A stretch of DNA of 64,000 nt from Escherichia coli (lineage in GTDB: Bacteria; Pseudomonadota; Gammaproteobacteria; Enterobacterales; Enterobacteriaceae): assembly GCF_003790525.1 (NCBI RefSeq), contig NZ_CP033635.1; one strand, given 5' to 3'. Numbering within the stretch: position 1 is the first letter of the stretch; each line of letters opens with the position of its first letter. A program made the position numbers and the translations under genes. Below, in pieces: positions 13,858 to 31,681 of the stretch. Under the pieces are notes generated by a model. It was not told the DNA's origin and did no database searches. It saw nothing but the letters and a program-made list of their open reading frames with translations.

Positions 13858-14616
13858 ATGAAACAAACACAACGTCACAACGGTATTATCGAACTGGTTA
13901 AACAGCAGGGTTATGTCAGCACCGAGGAGCTGGTAGAGCATTTCTCCGTTAGCCCGCAGACTATTCGCCGCGATCTCAACGAGCTGGCAGAGCAAAACCT
14001 GATCCTGCGCCATCATGGCGGTGCGGCGCTGCCTTCCAGTTCGGTTAATACGCCGTGGCACGATCGCAAGGCCACCCAGACCGAAGAAAAAGAGCGCATC
14101 GCCCGCAAAGTGGCGGAGCAAATTCCCAATGGCTCGACGCTGTTTATCGATATCGGCACCACGCCGGAAGCGGTGGCGCACGCGCTGCTTAATCACAGCA
14201 ATTTACGCATTGTGACCAACAATCTCAACGTCGCTAACACGCTGATGGTAAAAGAGGATTTCCGTATCATTCTTGCCGGTGGCGAATTACGCAGCCGCGA
14301 TGGCGGGATCATTGGCGAAGCAACGCTCGATTTTATCTCCCAGTTCCGCCTTGATTTCGGCATTCTGGGGATAAGCGGCATCGATAGCGACGGCTCGCTA
14401 CTGGAGTTCGATTACCACGAAGTTCGCACCAAACGCGCCATCATTGAGAACTCGCGCCACGTTATGCTGGTTGTCGACCACTCAAAATTTGGCCGTAACG
14501 CGATGGTCAATATGGGCAGTATCAGCATGGTAGATGCCGTCTACACCGACGCCCCGCCGCCAGTAAGCGTGATGCAGGTGCTGACGGACCACCATATTCA
14601 ACTGGAGCTGTGCTGA
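13858..14616 (+). CDS. glpR: glycerol-3-phosphate regulon repressor, DeoR family (252 aa)
   Basis: MKQTQRHNGIIELVKQQGYVSTEELVEHFSVSPQTIRRDL (DeoR HTH); start trimmed from track ORF 13807. Its 3' end overlaps the convergent rtcR 3' end by 19 nt. Confidence 0.9.
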   Translation: MKQTQRHNGIIELVKQQGYVSTEELVEHFSVSPQTIRRDLNELAEQNLILRHHGGAALPSSSVNTPWHDRKATQTEEKERIARKVAEQIPNGSTLFIDIGTTPEAVAHALLNHSNLRIVTNNLNVANTLMVKEDFRIILAGGELRSRDGGIIGEATLDFISQFRLDFGILGISGIDSDGSLLEFDYHEVRTKRAIIENSRHVMLVVDHSKFGRNAMVNMGSISMVDAVYTDAPPPVSVMQVLTDHHIQLELC

Positions 14617-16196
14617 TCCTGCACGGCTTCCCACGTCAGATTAAAACGCGCCAGGTATTTGCGTAGCCGATCCGCGTCGTTGACGCTGGCTTTCCCCTGG
14701 CGCGAAACGTCAAAAAGCTGGCGTCCGGCAGCGGAAAGCGACTTTGCCTGCCGGCAGATAGCTATAACATGTTCCAGTTGCATACGGTCAAAGAGGTCGA
14801 TGTTTTCTGCCTCAGCGCCCAGCAACGCCGTAAGCGCGGAAGGACGACTCTCCTGCCAGTTATAGCGCAGACGGTTTATCTCATCTCCAACCACTTCCAG
14901 AGTGATGCGTCCGCTAGTGGCAAAGGTTGCCATTCGCGTGACGCTGGCAGAAAGCTCGCGAAAGTTACCGCGCCATGCCGCCTGAGATGATGTTGCAAAG
15001 GCCAGCCAGGCGCGCCGCGCTTCGGTGTTAAAACGCACGCTGTCGCCGGTAAGTGAGGCGTGGCGCTCCACTTCATAATCCAGGTTAGGTTCAATATCTT
15101 CCTGGCGCTGGCGTAGCCCCGGCAGGGTGAAGGTCCAGAGATTGATCCGCGCGTACAGATCTTCGCGGAATTTGCCTTCGGCAACCAGCTGACGCAAATC
15201 GCGCACCGTTCCGGCGATCAGCTGAAAGTCGCTACTCACCTGGCGATCGCTGCCAAACGGATAAAAGGTTTTCTCTTCAATGGCTTTCAGCAGCATTGCC
15301 TGTTCGTCTGCGCCCAGTTCGCCAATCTCATCAAGAAATAACATCCCGCCGTTGGCGCTGCGTAATAATCCTTCCCGCGACTCCCGCGCCCCGGTAAACG
15401 CGCCTTTCACATGACCAAACAGCGCTGACATGGCGGTATCGCCGCGCAGAGTGGCACAGTTCACCTCCACAAACGCGCCGCTAAACTGATGCCGCGCCTG
15501 TTTTAACTCGAAGATGCGTCGTGCCAGAAACGACTTTCCCGCACCGGTTGGGCCGTTGAGCAGGATCGGTGCGCGGGATTTGATCGCCACTTTTTCGATC
15601 TGCTCAATCATGCGGTTGAAGTGGGCGTTACGCGTGGCAATGCCGGACTTAAGAAAATCGAGCGTTTGCTGGCGTTCCTCGGCAAAGCGGCTGGCGATGG
15701 CGTTATAACGGCTTAAATCGAGATCGATAATCGTCACTTCACCTGCACCGCGCGGCTGTTCTTTTTTACGCGGTGGCGAAGATTGTATTAACCTGGCGGG
15801 CAGGTAACGTGCTTCCGCCAGCAGAAACCAGCAAATCTGCGCGACGTGGGTACCGGTGGTGATGTGAATTAAATAGTCTTCTTTATCAGGTTCGAACGCG
15901 TAACCACGGGCGAAATCATGCAGGCAGGCGTAAACCTCCTCGAAATCCCATGGGTTATGCAGTTCAATCTCAACGCCCACCACTTTTGTTTCTGGCGAAA
16001 CATTGGCGATATCGCGTTTAAGCGTTTCAAACAGCGAGCGTGAGCGGGCGTCGTGCAACAATTCCAGTCGATTGATGACTAACGATTCTTGCTGGCATAG
16101 ACAGAGTGACGGACGCCATTTTGACCAGCGCTGACTGCCGCGCCCGGCATAATCCAACACCGTTCCGACAAAACCAAAAGCCACTGTTTTACGCAT
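14598..16196 (-). CDS. rtcR: sigma-54-dependent transcriptional activator of rtcBA (532 aa)
   Basis: AAA+ sigma-54 activator domain ([14 protein letters not shown] motif) with a C-terminal HTH; divergent from rtcB. Confidence 0.95.
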   Translation of the reverse strand: MRKTVAFGFVGTVLDYAGRGSQRWSKWRPSLCLCQQESLVINRLELLHDARSRSLFETLKRDIANVSPETKVVGVEIELHNPWDFEEVYACLHDFARGYAFEPDKEDYLIHITTGTHVAQICWFLLAEARYLPARLIQSSPPRKKEQPRGAGEVTIIDLDLSRYNAIASRFAEERQQTLDFLKSGIATRNAHFNRMIEQIEKVAIKSRAPILLNGPTGAGKSFLARRIFELKQARHQFSGAFVEVNCATLRGDTAMSALFGHVKGAFTGARESREGLLRSANGGMLFLDEIGELGADEQAMLLKAIEEKTFYPFGSDRQVSSDFQLIAGTVRDLRQLVAEGKFREDLYARINLWTFTLPGLRQRQEDIEPNLDYEVERHASLTGDSVRFNTEARRAWLAFATSSQAAWRGNFRELSASVTRMATFATSGRITLEVVGDEINRLRYNWQESRPSALTALLGAEAENIDLFDRMQLEHVIAICRQAKSLSAAGRQLFDVSRQGKASVNDADRLRKYLARFNLTWEAVQDQHSSS

Positions 16197-16329
16197 CTTA
16201 GATATCCTTATAAAAGACGATATTTCATTATCGGTAAATTGGCTTTGCGGGAAATCTCCGTTTACGGACGTAAAGATTTAATCTATTAAAAACAATGAAT
16301 TAAAAAATTAAGCTGCTTAATTAATTTTC

Positions 16330-16346
16330 TGGCACGACGGTTGCAA
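16330..16346 (+). promoter_or_regulatory. sigma-54 (-24/-12) promoter of rtcBA
   Basis: cTGGCACgacggTTGCAat matches the TGGCAC-N5-TTGCA consensus, about 40 nt upstream of the rtcB ATG and next to the sigma-54 activator gene rtcR. Confidence 0.7.
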
Positions 16347-16383
16347 TTATCTGGACAGCAAACAACGAAAAGAGAAAAATAAA

Positions 16384-17610
16384 ATGAATTACGAATTACT
16401 GACCACTGAAAATGTCCCGGTAAAAATGTGGACCAAAGGCGTACCGGTAGAAGACGATGCGCGTCAGCAACTGATAAATACGGCGAAGATGCCGTTTATT
16501 TTCAAACATATTGCGGTAATGCCTGATGTACATCTGGGTAAAGGTTCCACCATTGGTAGCGTGATCCCAACCAAAGGAGCGATTATTCCGGCGGCGGTGG
16601 GGGTAGATATCGGTTGTGGAATGAACGCGCTGCGTACCGCGTTAACGGCGGCTGACCTGCCTGAAAACCTGGCGGAGCTGCGTCAGGCGATTGAAGCTGC
16701 CGTGCCGCATGGGCGTACCACAGGCCGTTGTAAACGTGATAAAGGCGCATGGGAAAAACCGCCTGTTAACGTCGATGCGAAATGGGCTGAGCTTGAAGCC
16801 GGTTATCAGTGGTTAACGCAAAAATATCCGCGTTTCCTTAATACCAATAACTATAAACACCTGGGAACGCTGGGAACGGGTAACCACTTTATTGAAATTT
16901 GCCTTGATGAGTCGGATCAGGTGTGGATTATGCTGCACTCCGGTTCACGCGGAATTGGTAATGCCATCGGGACTTACTTTATCGATCTGGCGCAAAAAGA
17001 GATGCAGGAAACACTTGAAACGTTGCCATCGCGTGACCTGGCGTACTTTATGGAAGGTACGGAATATTTTGACGATTACCTGAAAGCGGTGGCCTGGGCG
17101 CAGCTTTTTGCCAGCCTTAACCGCGATGCGATGATGGAAAACGTGGTAACGGCGTTGCAGAGCGTTACGCAGAAAACGGTAAGACAGCCACAAACGCTGG
17201 CGATGGAAGAGATCAACTGTCACCACAACTATGTGCAAAAAGAACAGCACTTTAGCGAAGAGATCTATGTGACGCGTAAAGGCGCGGTGTCTGCTCGTGC
17301 TGGTCAATATGGAATTATTCCCGGTTCGATGGGGGCGAAAAGCTTTATTGTCCGTGGGCTGGGAAATGAAGAGTCGTTCTGTTCGTGCAGCCACGGTGCC
17401 GGGCGGGTAATGAGCCGTACTAAAGCGAAAAAACTGTTCAGTGTGGAAGACCAAATTCGTGCCACCGCGCATGTGGAATGCCGTAAAGATGCCGAAGTGA
17501 TCGACGAAATCCCGATGGCGTATAAAGATATTGATGCGGTGATGGCGGCACAAAGCGATCTGGTGGAAGTTATCTATACCCTGCGTCAGGTGGTGTGCGT
17601 AAAAGGATAA
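16384..17610 (+). CDS. rtcB: RNA-splicing ligase RtcB (408 aa)
   Basis: Full-length ORF with conserved RtcB metal-binding His/Cys motifs (GNHF, HSGSRG, CSHGAGR). Confidence 0.95.
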   Translation: MNYELLTTENVPVKMWTKGVPVEDDARQQLINTAKMPFIFKHIAVMPDVHLGKGSTIGSVIPTKGAIIPAAVGVDIGCGMNALRTALTAADLPENLAELRQAIEAAVPHGRTTGRCKRDKGAWEKPPVNVDAKWAELEAGYQWLTQKYPRFLNTNNYKHLGTLGTGNHFIEICLDESDQVWIMLHSGSRGIGNAIGTYFIDLAQKEMQETLETLPSRDLAYFMEGTEYFDDYLKAVAWAQLFASLNRDAMMENVVTALQSVTQKTVRQPQTLAMEEINCHHNYVQKEQHFSEEIYVTRKGAVSARAGQYGIIPGSMGAKSFIVRGLGNEESFCSCSHGAGRVMSRTKAKKLFSVEDQIRATAHVECRKDAEVIDEIPMAYKDIDAVMAAQSDLVEVIYTLRQVVCVKG

Positions 17611-18630
<1,020 letters not shown>

Positions 18631-18643
18631 TATAAAGATGTAA

Positions 18644-18667
18644 GCCGGATCCGACGTATTATCCGGC
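18644..18667. terminator. inverted repeat between the convergent rtcA and malT 3' ends (candidate bidirectional terminator)
   Basis: gccggat ccgacgtatt atccggc. Confidence 0.45.
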
Positions 18668-18672
18668 TAAAC

Positions 18673-21384
<2,712 letters not shown>

Positions 21385-21862
21385 TCACTTCACTGTGGAA
21401 TATGAGGAAATATTATTTTTTTTGCGCTTCGTAATTAATGGTTATAAGGTCGGCCAGAAACCTTTCTAATGCAAGCGATGACGTTTTTTTATGTGTCTGA
21501 ATTTGCACTCTGTCACAATTCCAAATCTTTATTAATGACTCACCTAAAACGACGCTGATCCAGCGTGAATGCTGGGTTGTACGGTATTTTCCTTATGTTC
21601 ATCAGTTTCATTTAAGCAAGGGTTTCTTCTTTATCCCTGATGAAAGTGCCATCTAAAAAGATGATCTTAATAAATCTATTAAGAATGAGATGGAGCACAC
21701 TTGATATTTTACTTATGAAACTGTTTCACTCCTTTACTTAATTTATAGAGTTACCTTCCGCTTTTTGAAAATACGCAACGGCCATTTTTTGCACTTAGAT
21801 ACAGATTTTCTGCGCTGTATGGCATTGATTTGCTGCTAATCCTGTGGTTTGCACTAGCTTTA

Positions 21863-21880
21863 AGTGGTCGAGATCACATT
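21863..21880. promoter_or_regulatory. candidate CRP-binding site in the malT-malP divergent region
   Basis: aaGTGGTcgagaTCACAtt resembles TGTGA-N6-TCACA; both mal promoters are known to be CRP-dependent. Confidence 0.3.
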
Positions 21881-21884
21881 TCCT

Positions 21885-21935
21885 TGCTCATCCCCGCAAC
21901 TCCTCCCTGCCTAATCCCCCGCAGGATGAGGAAGG
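21885..21935 (+). promoter_or_regulatory. malPQ promoter region with MalT-box hexamers
   Basis: GGATGA at 21924-21929, its reverse complement TCATCC at 21888-21893, and TCCTCC (reverse complement of GGAGGA) at 21901-21906, 70-110 nt upstream of the malP ATG. Confidence 0.5.
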
Positions 21936-21976
21936 TCAACATCGAGCCTGGCAAACTAGCGATAACGTTGTGTTGA

Positions 21977-24394
<2,418 letters not shown>

Positions 24395-24403
24395 GGAAGC
24401 TCG

Positions 24404-26488
24404 ATGGAAAGCAAACGTCTGGATAATGCCGCGCTGGCGGCGGGGATCAGCCCCAATTACATCAATGCCCACGGTAAACCGCAGTCGATTAGCGCCGAAA
24501 CCAAACGGCGTTTGCTTGACGCGATGCATCAACGTACCGCCACGAAAGTGGCGGTAACGCCAGTCCCGAATGTCATGGTTTATACCAGCGGCAAAAAAAT
24601 GCCGATGGTGGTGGAGGGCAGCGGCGAATATAGCTGGCTGCTGACCACCGAAGAAGGAACGCAGTACAAAGGCCATGTAACGGGGGGCAAAGCGTTCAAT
24701 CTACCGACGAAGCTGCCGGAAGGTTATCACACGCTGACACTCACCCAGGACGACCAGCGTGCTCATTGCCGGGTGATTGTGGCACCGAAACGCTGTTACG
24801 AACCGCAGGCGTTGCTGAACAAACAAAAGCTGTGGGGGGCCTGCGTTCAGCTTTATACGCTGCGATCGGAAAAAAACTGGGGTATTGGGGATTTTGGCGA
24901 TCTCAAAGCGATGCTGGTGGATGTGGCAAAACGTGGCGGGTCGTTCATCGGTCTGAACCCGATTCATGCGCTCTATCCGGCAAATCCGGAAAGTGCCAGC
25001 CCGTATAGCCCGTCTTCTCGCCGTTGGCTGAATGTGATTTATATCGACGTTAACGCCGTTGAAGATTTCCATCTTAGCGAAGAGGCTCTGGCCTGGTGGA
25101 AGTTGCCGACCACGCAACAGACGCTGCAACAGGCGCGGGATGCCGACTGGGTCGATTACTCCACGGTTACCGCCCTAAAAATGACAGCATTACGAATGGC
25201 GTGGAAAGGTTTCGCGCAACGTGATGATGAACAGGTGGCCGCGTTTCGCCAGTTTGTTGCAGAGCAAGGCGACAGCCTGTTCTGGCAGGCGGCGTTTGAC
25301 GCACTACATGCCCAGCAAGTGAAAGAGGACGAAATGCGCTGGGGCTGGCCTGCATGGCCAGAGATGTATCAGAACGTGGATTCACCAGAAGTGCGCCAGT
25401 TCTGCGAAGAACATCGTGATGACGTCGATTTTTATCTCTGGTTGCAGTGGCTGGCTTACAGCCAGTTTGCCGCCTGCTGGGAGATAAGCCAGGACTATGA
25501 AATGCCGATTGGCTTGTATCGTGATCTGGCCGTTGGTGTAGCAGAAGGTGGGGCAGAAACCTGGTGCGACCGTGAACTGTATTGCCTGAAAGCGTCGGTT
25601 GGCGCGCCGCCGGATATCCTCGGCCCGTTGGGGCAGAACTGGGGATTGCCGCCAATGGACCCGCATATTATCACCGCGCGTGCCTATGAACCGTTTATCG
25701 AGCTGTTGCGTGCCAATATGCAAAACTGCGGCGCATTACGAATTGACCATGTGATGTCGATGCTGCGTTTGTGGTGGATACCGTATGGCGAGACGGCGGA
25801 TCAGGGGGCATATGTTCACTATCCAGTGGATGATCTGCTCTCGATTCTGGCACTCGAAAGTAAACGTCATCGCTGCATGGTGATTGGTGAAGATCTCGGT
25901 ACCGTACCGGTAGAGATTGTCGGTAAGCTGCGCAGCAGCGGTGTGTACTCCTACAAAGTGCTCTATTTCGAAAACGACCACGAGAAGACATTCCGCTCAC
26001 CGAAAGCGTACCCAGAGCAGTCGATGGCGGTTGCGGCGACACACGACCTGCCTACGCTACGCGGCTACTGGGAGAGCGGGGATCTAACGCTGGGCAAAAC
26101 GCTGGGGTTGTATCCGGATGAAGTGGTACTGCGCGGTCTGTATCAGGATCGCGAACTGGCGAAGCAAGGACTACTGGATGCTCTGCATAAATATGGTTGT
26201 CTGCCAAAACGTGCCGGGCATAAGGCATCGTTGATGTCGATGACGCCGACGCTGAATCGTGGCTTACAGCGCTACATCGCCGATAGCAACAGCGCCCTGT
26301 TAGGACTACAGCCAGAAGACTGGCTGGATATGGCGGACCCGGTAAATATTCCCGGCACCAGTTACCAGTATAAAAACTGGCGGCGCAAGCTCTCCGCAAC
26401 GCTTGAGGCGATGTTTGCCGATGATGGCGTGAACAAGTTGCTGAAGGATTTGGACAGACGGCGCAGAGCGGCAGCGAAGAAGAAGTAG
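24404..26488 (+). CDS. malQ: 4-alpha-glucanotransferase / amylomaltase (694 aa)
   Basis: Full-length ORF immediately after malP. Confidence 0.95.
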   Translation: MESKRLDNAALAAGISPNYINAHGKPQSISAETKRRLLDAMHQRTATKVAVTPVPNVMVYTSGKKMPMVVEGSGEYSWLLTTEEGTQYKGHVTGGKAFNLPTKLPEGYHTLTLTQDDQRAHCRVIVAPKRCYEPQALLNKQKLWGACVQLYTLRSEKNWGIGDFGDLKAMLVDVAKRGGSFIGLNPIHALYPANPESASPYSPSSRRWLNVIYIDVNAVEDFHLSEEALAWWKLPTTQQTLQQARDADWVDYSTVTALKMTALRMAWKGFAQRDDEQVAAFRQFVAEQGDSLFWQAAFDALHAQQVKEDEMRWGWPAWPEMYQNVDSPEVRQFCEEHRDDVDFYLWLQWLAYSQFAACWEISQDYEMPIGLYRDLAVGVAEGGAETWCDRELYCLKASVGAPPDILGPLGQNWGLPPMDPHIITARAYEPFIELLRANMQNCGALRIDHVMSMLRLWWIPYGETADQGAYVHYPVDDLLSILALESKRHRCMVIGEDLGTVPVEIVGKLRSSGVYSYKVLYFENDHEKTFRSPKAYPEQSMAVAATHDLPTLRGYWESGDLTLGKTLGLYPDEVVLRGLYQDRELAKQGLLDALHKYGCLPKRAGHKASLMSMTPTLNRGLQRYIADSNSALLGLQPEDWLDMADPVNIPGTSYQYKNWRRKLSATLEAMFADDGVNKLLKDLDRRRRAAAKKK

Positions 26489-26500
26489 AGTGCGGTTGAT

Positions 26501-26521
26501 GCCGGATGCGATGCATCCGGC
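26501..26521. terminator. palindrome between the convergent malQ and gntT 3' ends
   Basis: gccggatgc gatgcatccggc, a near-perfect inverted repeat. Confidence 0.45.
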
Positions 26522-26532
26522 AGTCAGTGTTA

Positions 26533-27849
26533 TCAAATCACCATATTCAGCAGCAGACAGCCTACCAGACCGCACACCGAGATAATGGTTTCCAGCATCG
26601 ACCAGGATTTGATGGTCTCGCCGATAGTCAGGTTAAAGTACTCTTTGAACAACCAGAAGCCCGGATCGTTCACGTGAGAGAAAATCACACTACCGGAACC
26701 AACCGCAATAACCATCAGCTCCGGGCTAACACCCGTCGTTGCAATCAGCGGTGCCGCGATACCACCCGCAGTGATTGCCGCAACGGTTGCGGAACCCAGC
26801 GCGATACGCAGTACGGCAGCAATCGACCAGGCCATCAGCAGCGGAGAAATGTTGGTTTCGTGCATCATGGAAGCAATGTATTTGTCCACGCCGCTGTCTA
26901 CCAGCACCTGCTTGAACGCACCGCCACCACCGATAATCAACAGCATCATCGCAATGATTTTGATGGAAGAAACCAGCGTGTCGTTAATCTGATCCATTGA
27001 ACGACCACGGTTCAGACCAAAGGTGAACATCGCAATCAGTACGGCAATCAGCGTAGCCATTACCGGGTCACCGAGGAACTCCGCTACCGGCAGGAAAGCG
27101 TGACCTTTCGGCAGGATCATTTCGGCAATCGCACGCATCGCCATCAGCACTACCGGCACCAGAGAGGTCCAGACGCTGACGCCAAAGCTCGGCATCTCTT
27201 CTTCGCTGAAGGTTTTCGCGCTGTACAGACCTTCCGGGATCGGCTTATCGATACCTTTCAACACGCGAGCGTAAACCGGACCGGCGAGAATCACGGTCGG
27301 GATTGCCAGAATAGTCCCGTACAGCAGAGTTTTACCCATATCGGCATTGAAAATGGTGGCAATCGCAGTCGGACCCGGATGCGGTGGCAGGAAGCCGTGG
27401 GTCACAGACAGTGCAGCCGCCATTGGTACACCAACATACAGCAGTGGAATATTCGCGGAAGCCGCGATGGTAAACACCAGCGGCAGCATCAGCACGAAAC
27501 CCACTTCATAGAACAGGGCAAAACCAACGGTAAAACCGGTCAGTACCACCGCCCACTGGATGTGTTTTTTACCAAATTTAGCAATCAGCGTGGTGGCGAT
27601 ACGTTGTGCGCCACCGCAGTCTGCCAGCATTTTGCCCAGCATCGCGCCAAAACCCATGATCAGGGCAAGGCTACCGAGCGTTCCGCCGACACCGGCTTTG
27701 ATGGAGCCAATAACTTTATCCAGCGGCATCCCTTGCATTAATCCAACAGCAAGCGCCACGAGGACGAGAGCGATGAAACCGTTCATTTTGAAGCGGATCA
27801 TCAGGAGCAACAACAAGATTACACCGATAGCAACAATGACTAATGGCAT
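26533..27849 (-). CDS. gntT: high-affinity gluconate:H+ symporter (438 aa)
   Basis: Polytopic GntP-family permease (MPLVIVAIGVILLLLLMIRFKMNGFIALVL...). Confidence 0.9.
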   Translation of the reverse strand: MPLVIVAIGVILLLLLMIRFKMNGFIALVLVALAVGLMQGMPLDKVIGSIKAGVGGTLGSLALIMGFGAMLGKMLADCGGAQRIATTLIAKFGKKHIQWAVVLTGFTVGFALFYEVGFVLMLPLVFTIAASANIPLLYVGVPMAAALSVTHGFLPPHPGPTAIATIFNADMGKTLLYGTILAIPTVILAGPVYARVLKGIDKPIPEGLYSAKTFSEEEMPSFGVSVWTSLVPVVLMAMRAIAEMILPKGHAFLPVAEFLGDPVMATLIAVLIAMFTFGLNRGRSMDQINDTLVSSIKIIAMMLLIIGGGGAFKQVLVDSGVDKYIASMMHETNISPLLMAWSIAAVLRIALGSATVAAITAGGIAAPLIATTGVSPELMVIAVGSGSVIFSHVNDPGFWLFKEYFNLTIGETIKSWSMLETIISVCGLVGCLLLNMVI

Positions 27850-28004
27850 GATTTACCTGGCCTTTCATTTGTTATGGGTAACGTCAATTTTCTGACGACA
27901 AACTCTAATTATCCCAATCGGGAACAGAGATATTGCGGCACCACGACTGATACCCACTAAAACTAATTATTGTAGTCAGATGTCAGGAGTATGTTTGGTA
28001 CCCA

Positions 28005-28022
28005 CGTGAATGATACGGGTAA
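28005..28022 (-). promoter_or_regulatory. candidate GntR operator upstream of gntT
   Basis: Minus-strand ATGTTACCCGTAT resembles the GntR operator half-site ATGTTACC; a second similar motif (gttatgggtaac) lies at 27872-27884. Confidence 0.3.
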
Positions 28023-28153
28023 CATCTGGCGTTTGAGAATCACCAGAGCGGGGTAAATTTAAATTATGAGAGGTTGGTCATATTATCGCGGGGAAACGAA
28101 GGGAGGGATTTGCCAAAGCAATGCAGCGCCAACGTCTGGCACATGTTCAACGT

Positions 28154-28209
<56 letters not shown>

Positions 28210-28785
28210 TTAGTAGTAGGAGTGTTCGCCGCGCTGGTGTTCGGTGAGATCGCGCACACCTTTCAGCTCCGGGAATTCGTTTAGCAGCTGCTTCTCGATC
28301 CCTTCTTTCAGCGTCACATCGACCATGGAACAACCGTTACAGCCGCCACCAAATTGCAGAATGGCGTAACCGTCTTCGGTGATTTCCATCAGCGAAACGC
28401 GACCACCGTGACCAGCCAGTTGCGGGTTGATCTGCGACTGCAGCATATACTCAACGCGCTCCATCAGCGGCGCATCGTCTGCGACTTTACGCATTTTGGC
28501 GTTAGGCGCTTTCAACGTTAACTGGGAACCCAACTGGTCGGTAACAAAGTCGATCTCTGCATCTTCCAGGTAAGGAGCGCTTAACTCATCAACATACGCG
28601 GTCAGCAGGTCAAATTTCAGGGCAGTGTCGGTGGCTTCCACAGCATCCGGCGGACAATAAGAAACGCCACATTCAGCGTTAGGCGTGCCAGGGTTAATCA
28701 CAAATACGCGGATTTGTGTCCCTTCTTCCTGATTTGCCAGCAGTTTGGCAAAGTGCGCTTGTGCAGCATCGGAAATACGGATCAT
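28210..28785 (-). CDS. nfuA: Fe-S cluster carrier protein NfuA (191 aa)
   Basis: [44 protein letters not shown]... with C-terminal Nfu CxxC (GGGCNGCSM). Confidence 0.9.
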
Positions 28786-28843
28786 AGTAATGGCCTAATA
28801 GTTGACTATTTTAGTTGGTTATAATACGCCCATCATCGAGGCT

Positions 28844-30335
<1,492 letters not shown>

Positions 30336-30363
30336 GTGGCTTTTGAAATGGCGAGACAGAACT

Positions 30364-31242
30364 TTACTGACTCGCCGCAGCCAACTCTTCTTCTGACACC
30401 CCGGTAAAACGCATGATGTCCGCAAGAGGGACTCCGGATTCAAGCATTATTTTTGCTATATGCAAGGCTTTGGATTGTTCCCCCTCTTGCCGCAATCTTT
30501 CCGCAATAGTCATTAAGCTCTCCTTGTGTTTCGGTGAATGTTCGGCAACGCCGTCGATAAAATCGTTAAAACGTACCGCATCGCCGGTTTGCAAGATGTA
30601 ATTAAACAGCCCTTTGATTTGTCTGTCATTAGCGTATCCACTACTTAATAAGCAGGCCATTTGCTCTACCAGCCCCATCAGATCGCGTTGACGTATATGT
30701 TTTTGAATTAGCTCCAGCAGCGCCATGCGCCGGTGCTGCATGATTTCATCATCAGGCATGACAGTGACATCAATCAGCGGAAATGCAGAGGCATAAAGCT
30801 GCCTTGCCAGTTTGGGATCGGCGAAACAATCCAGCCAACACAGTGAATAGGGATAGGGGCTTTCAATGCCGTGGTAAAACAACAATGGCACCACCATCGG
30901 CAACGTTTTGTATCCGGCATCCAGGTGATTTTGCATTGCGGCAATAGCGTAACGCATCATGCGAAATGCGATCAGTTTGTTTGAGGTGCTTTGATGTTCA
31001 ATCAGACAATAGATGTATCCTGGTCCTTGTTCCGTTTTCACCGACCACAGCACATCGGAATAGCTTTCACGCAGATCGTCATCAATAAAGCTGCTCGACT
31101 CCAGCTTGAGGGTTTTCATATCACAGAGCGCGTGAATGGGTGCCGGTAAATGAAACGCAAGAAAATCGCGTGCCGTCTCCGGTTGGCGTAAAAAGAGTTT
31201 GAACAGCGCATCGTGTGGGGTGGAACTCTGCTTTTTGCTCAT
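30364..31242 (-). CDS. rpnA: Rpn-family recombination-promoting nuclease / transposase_31-like protein (292 aa)
   Basis: [28 protein letters not shown]... typical Rpn (YhgA-like) N-terminus. Confidence 0.85.
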   Translation of the reverse strand: MSKKQSSTPHDALFKLFLRQPETARDFLAFHLPAPIHALCDMKTLKLESSSFIDDDLRESYSDVLWSVKTEQGPGYIYCLIEHQSTSNKLIAFRMMRYAIAAMQNHLDAGYKTLPMVVPLLFYHGIESPYPYSLCWLDCFADPKLARQLYASAFPLIDVTVMPDDEIMQHRRMALLELIQKHIRQRDLMGLVEQMACLLSSGYANDRQIKGLFNYILQTGDAVRFNDFIDGVAEHSPKHKESLMTIAERLRQEGEQSKALHIAKIMLESGVPLADIMRFTGVSEEELAAASQ

Positions 31243-31444
31243 GGCGTTCCTTCACCTGTTGTTTGAATGCCGCGACTCTACGCGCCACTCAACACCTGTG
31301 CATTAGCGAGTTTTTATCCCTGCGAGACGCTTTCAGAGGAACTTGCGCCGTGCTGCAAGGGTTACATTTTTATGGAAAGCCGCACGCAAAAAAGCCCGGA
31401 TGCAAACGCATACCGGGCTTTTCAAAACAGGCGATGGAGTATGG

Positions 31445-31681
31445 TTAACGCAGCGCCCACCACTCGCGCAGACAGGCTTTGCCTTCCGGGCAGCTTTTAC
31501 AACTGCCAGAGAGGCAGCCGTCAGGTTCTTCCTGAATCCGCACGGCTTTGCCCATGCTTTCCAGCTGTTGCAGCATGGCGTTAATCATTGGCTGCGGAGT
31601 GTTCAATGTCTGGCTTATCTGGGCCGCTTCCATACGGCCCCGTAACGCCAGCAAATCACGCACCTGAATAAGTGAAGCCAT
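31445..31681 (-). CDS. feoC: ferrous iron transport protein FeoC (78 aa)
   Basis: [24 protein letters not shown]... winged-helix protein with a C-terminal Cys cluster; overlaps the feoB stop. Confidence 0.85.
   Translation of the reverse strand: MASLIQVRDLLALRGRMEAAQISQTLNTPQPMINAMLQQLESMGKAVRIQEEPDGCLSGSCKSCPEGKACLREWWALR

Noticed and set aside
26506-27741. Plus-strand ORFs (164 aa and 213 aa) overlapping gntT
   Set aside because: Antisense to the gntT permease; His/Arg/Gln-rich, no domain resemblance.
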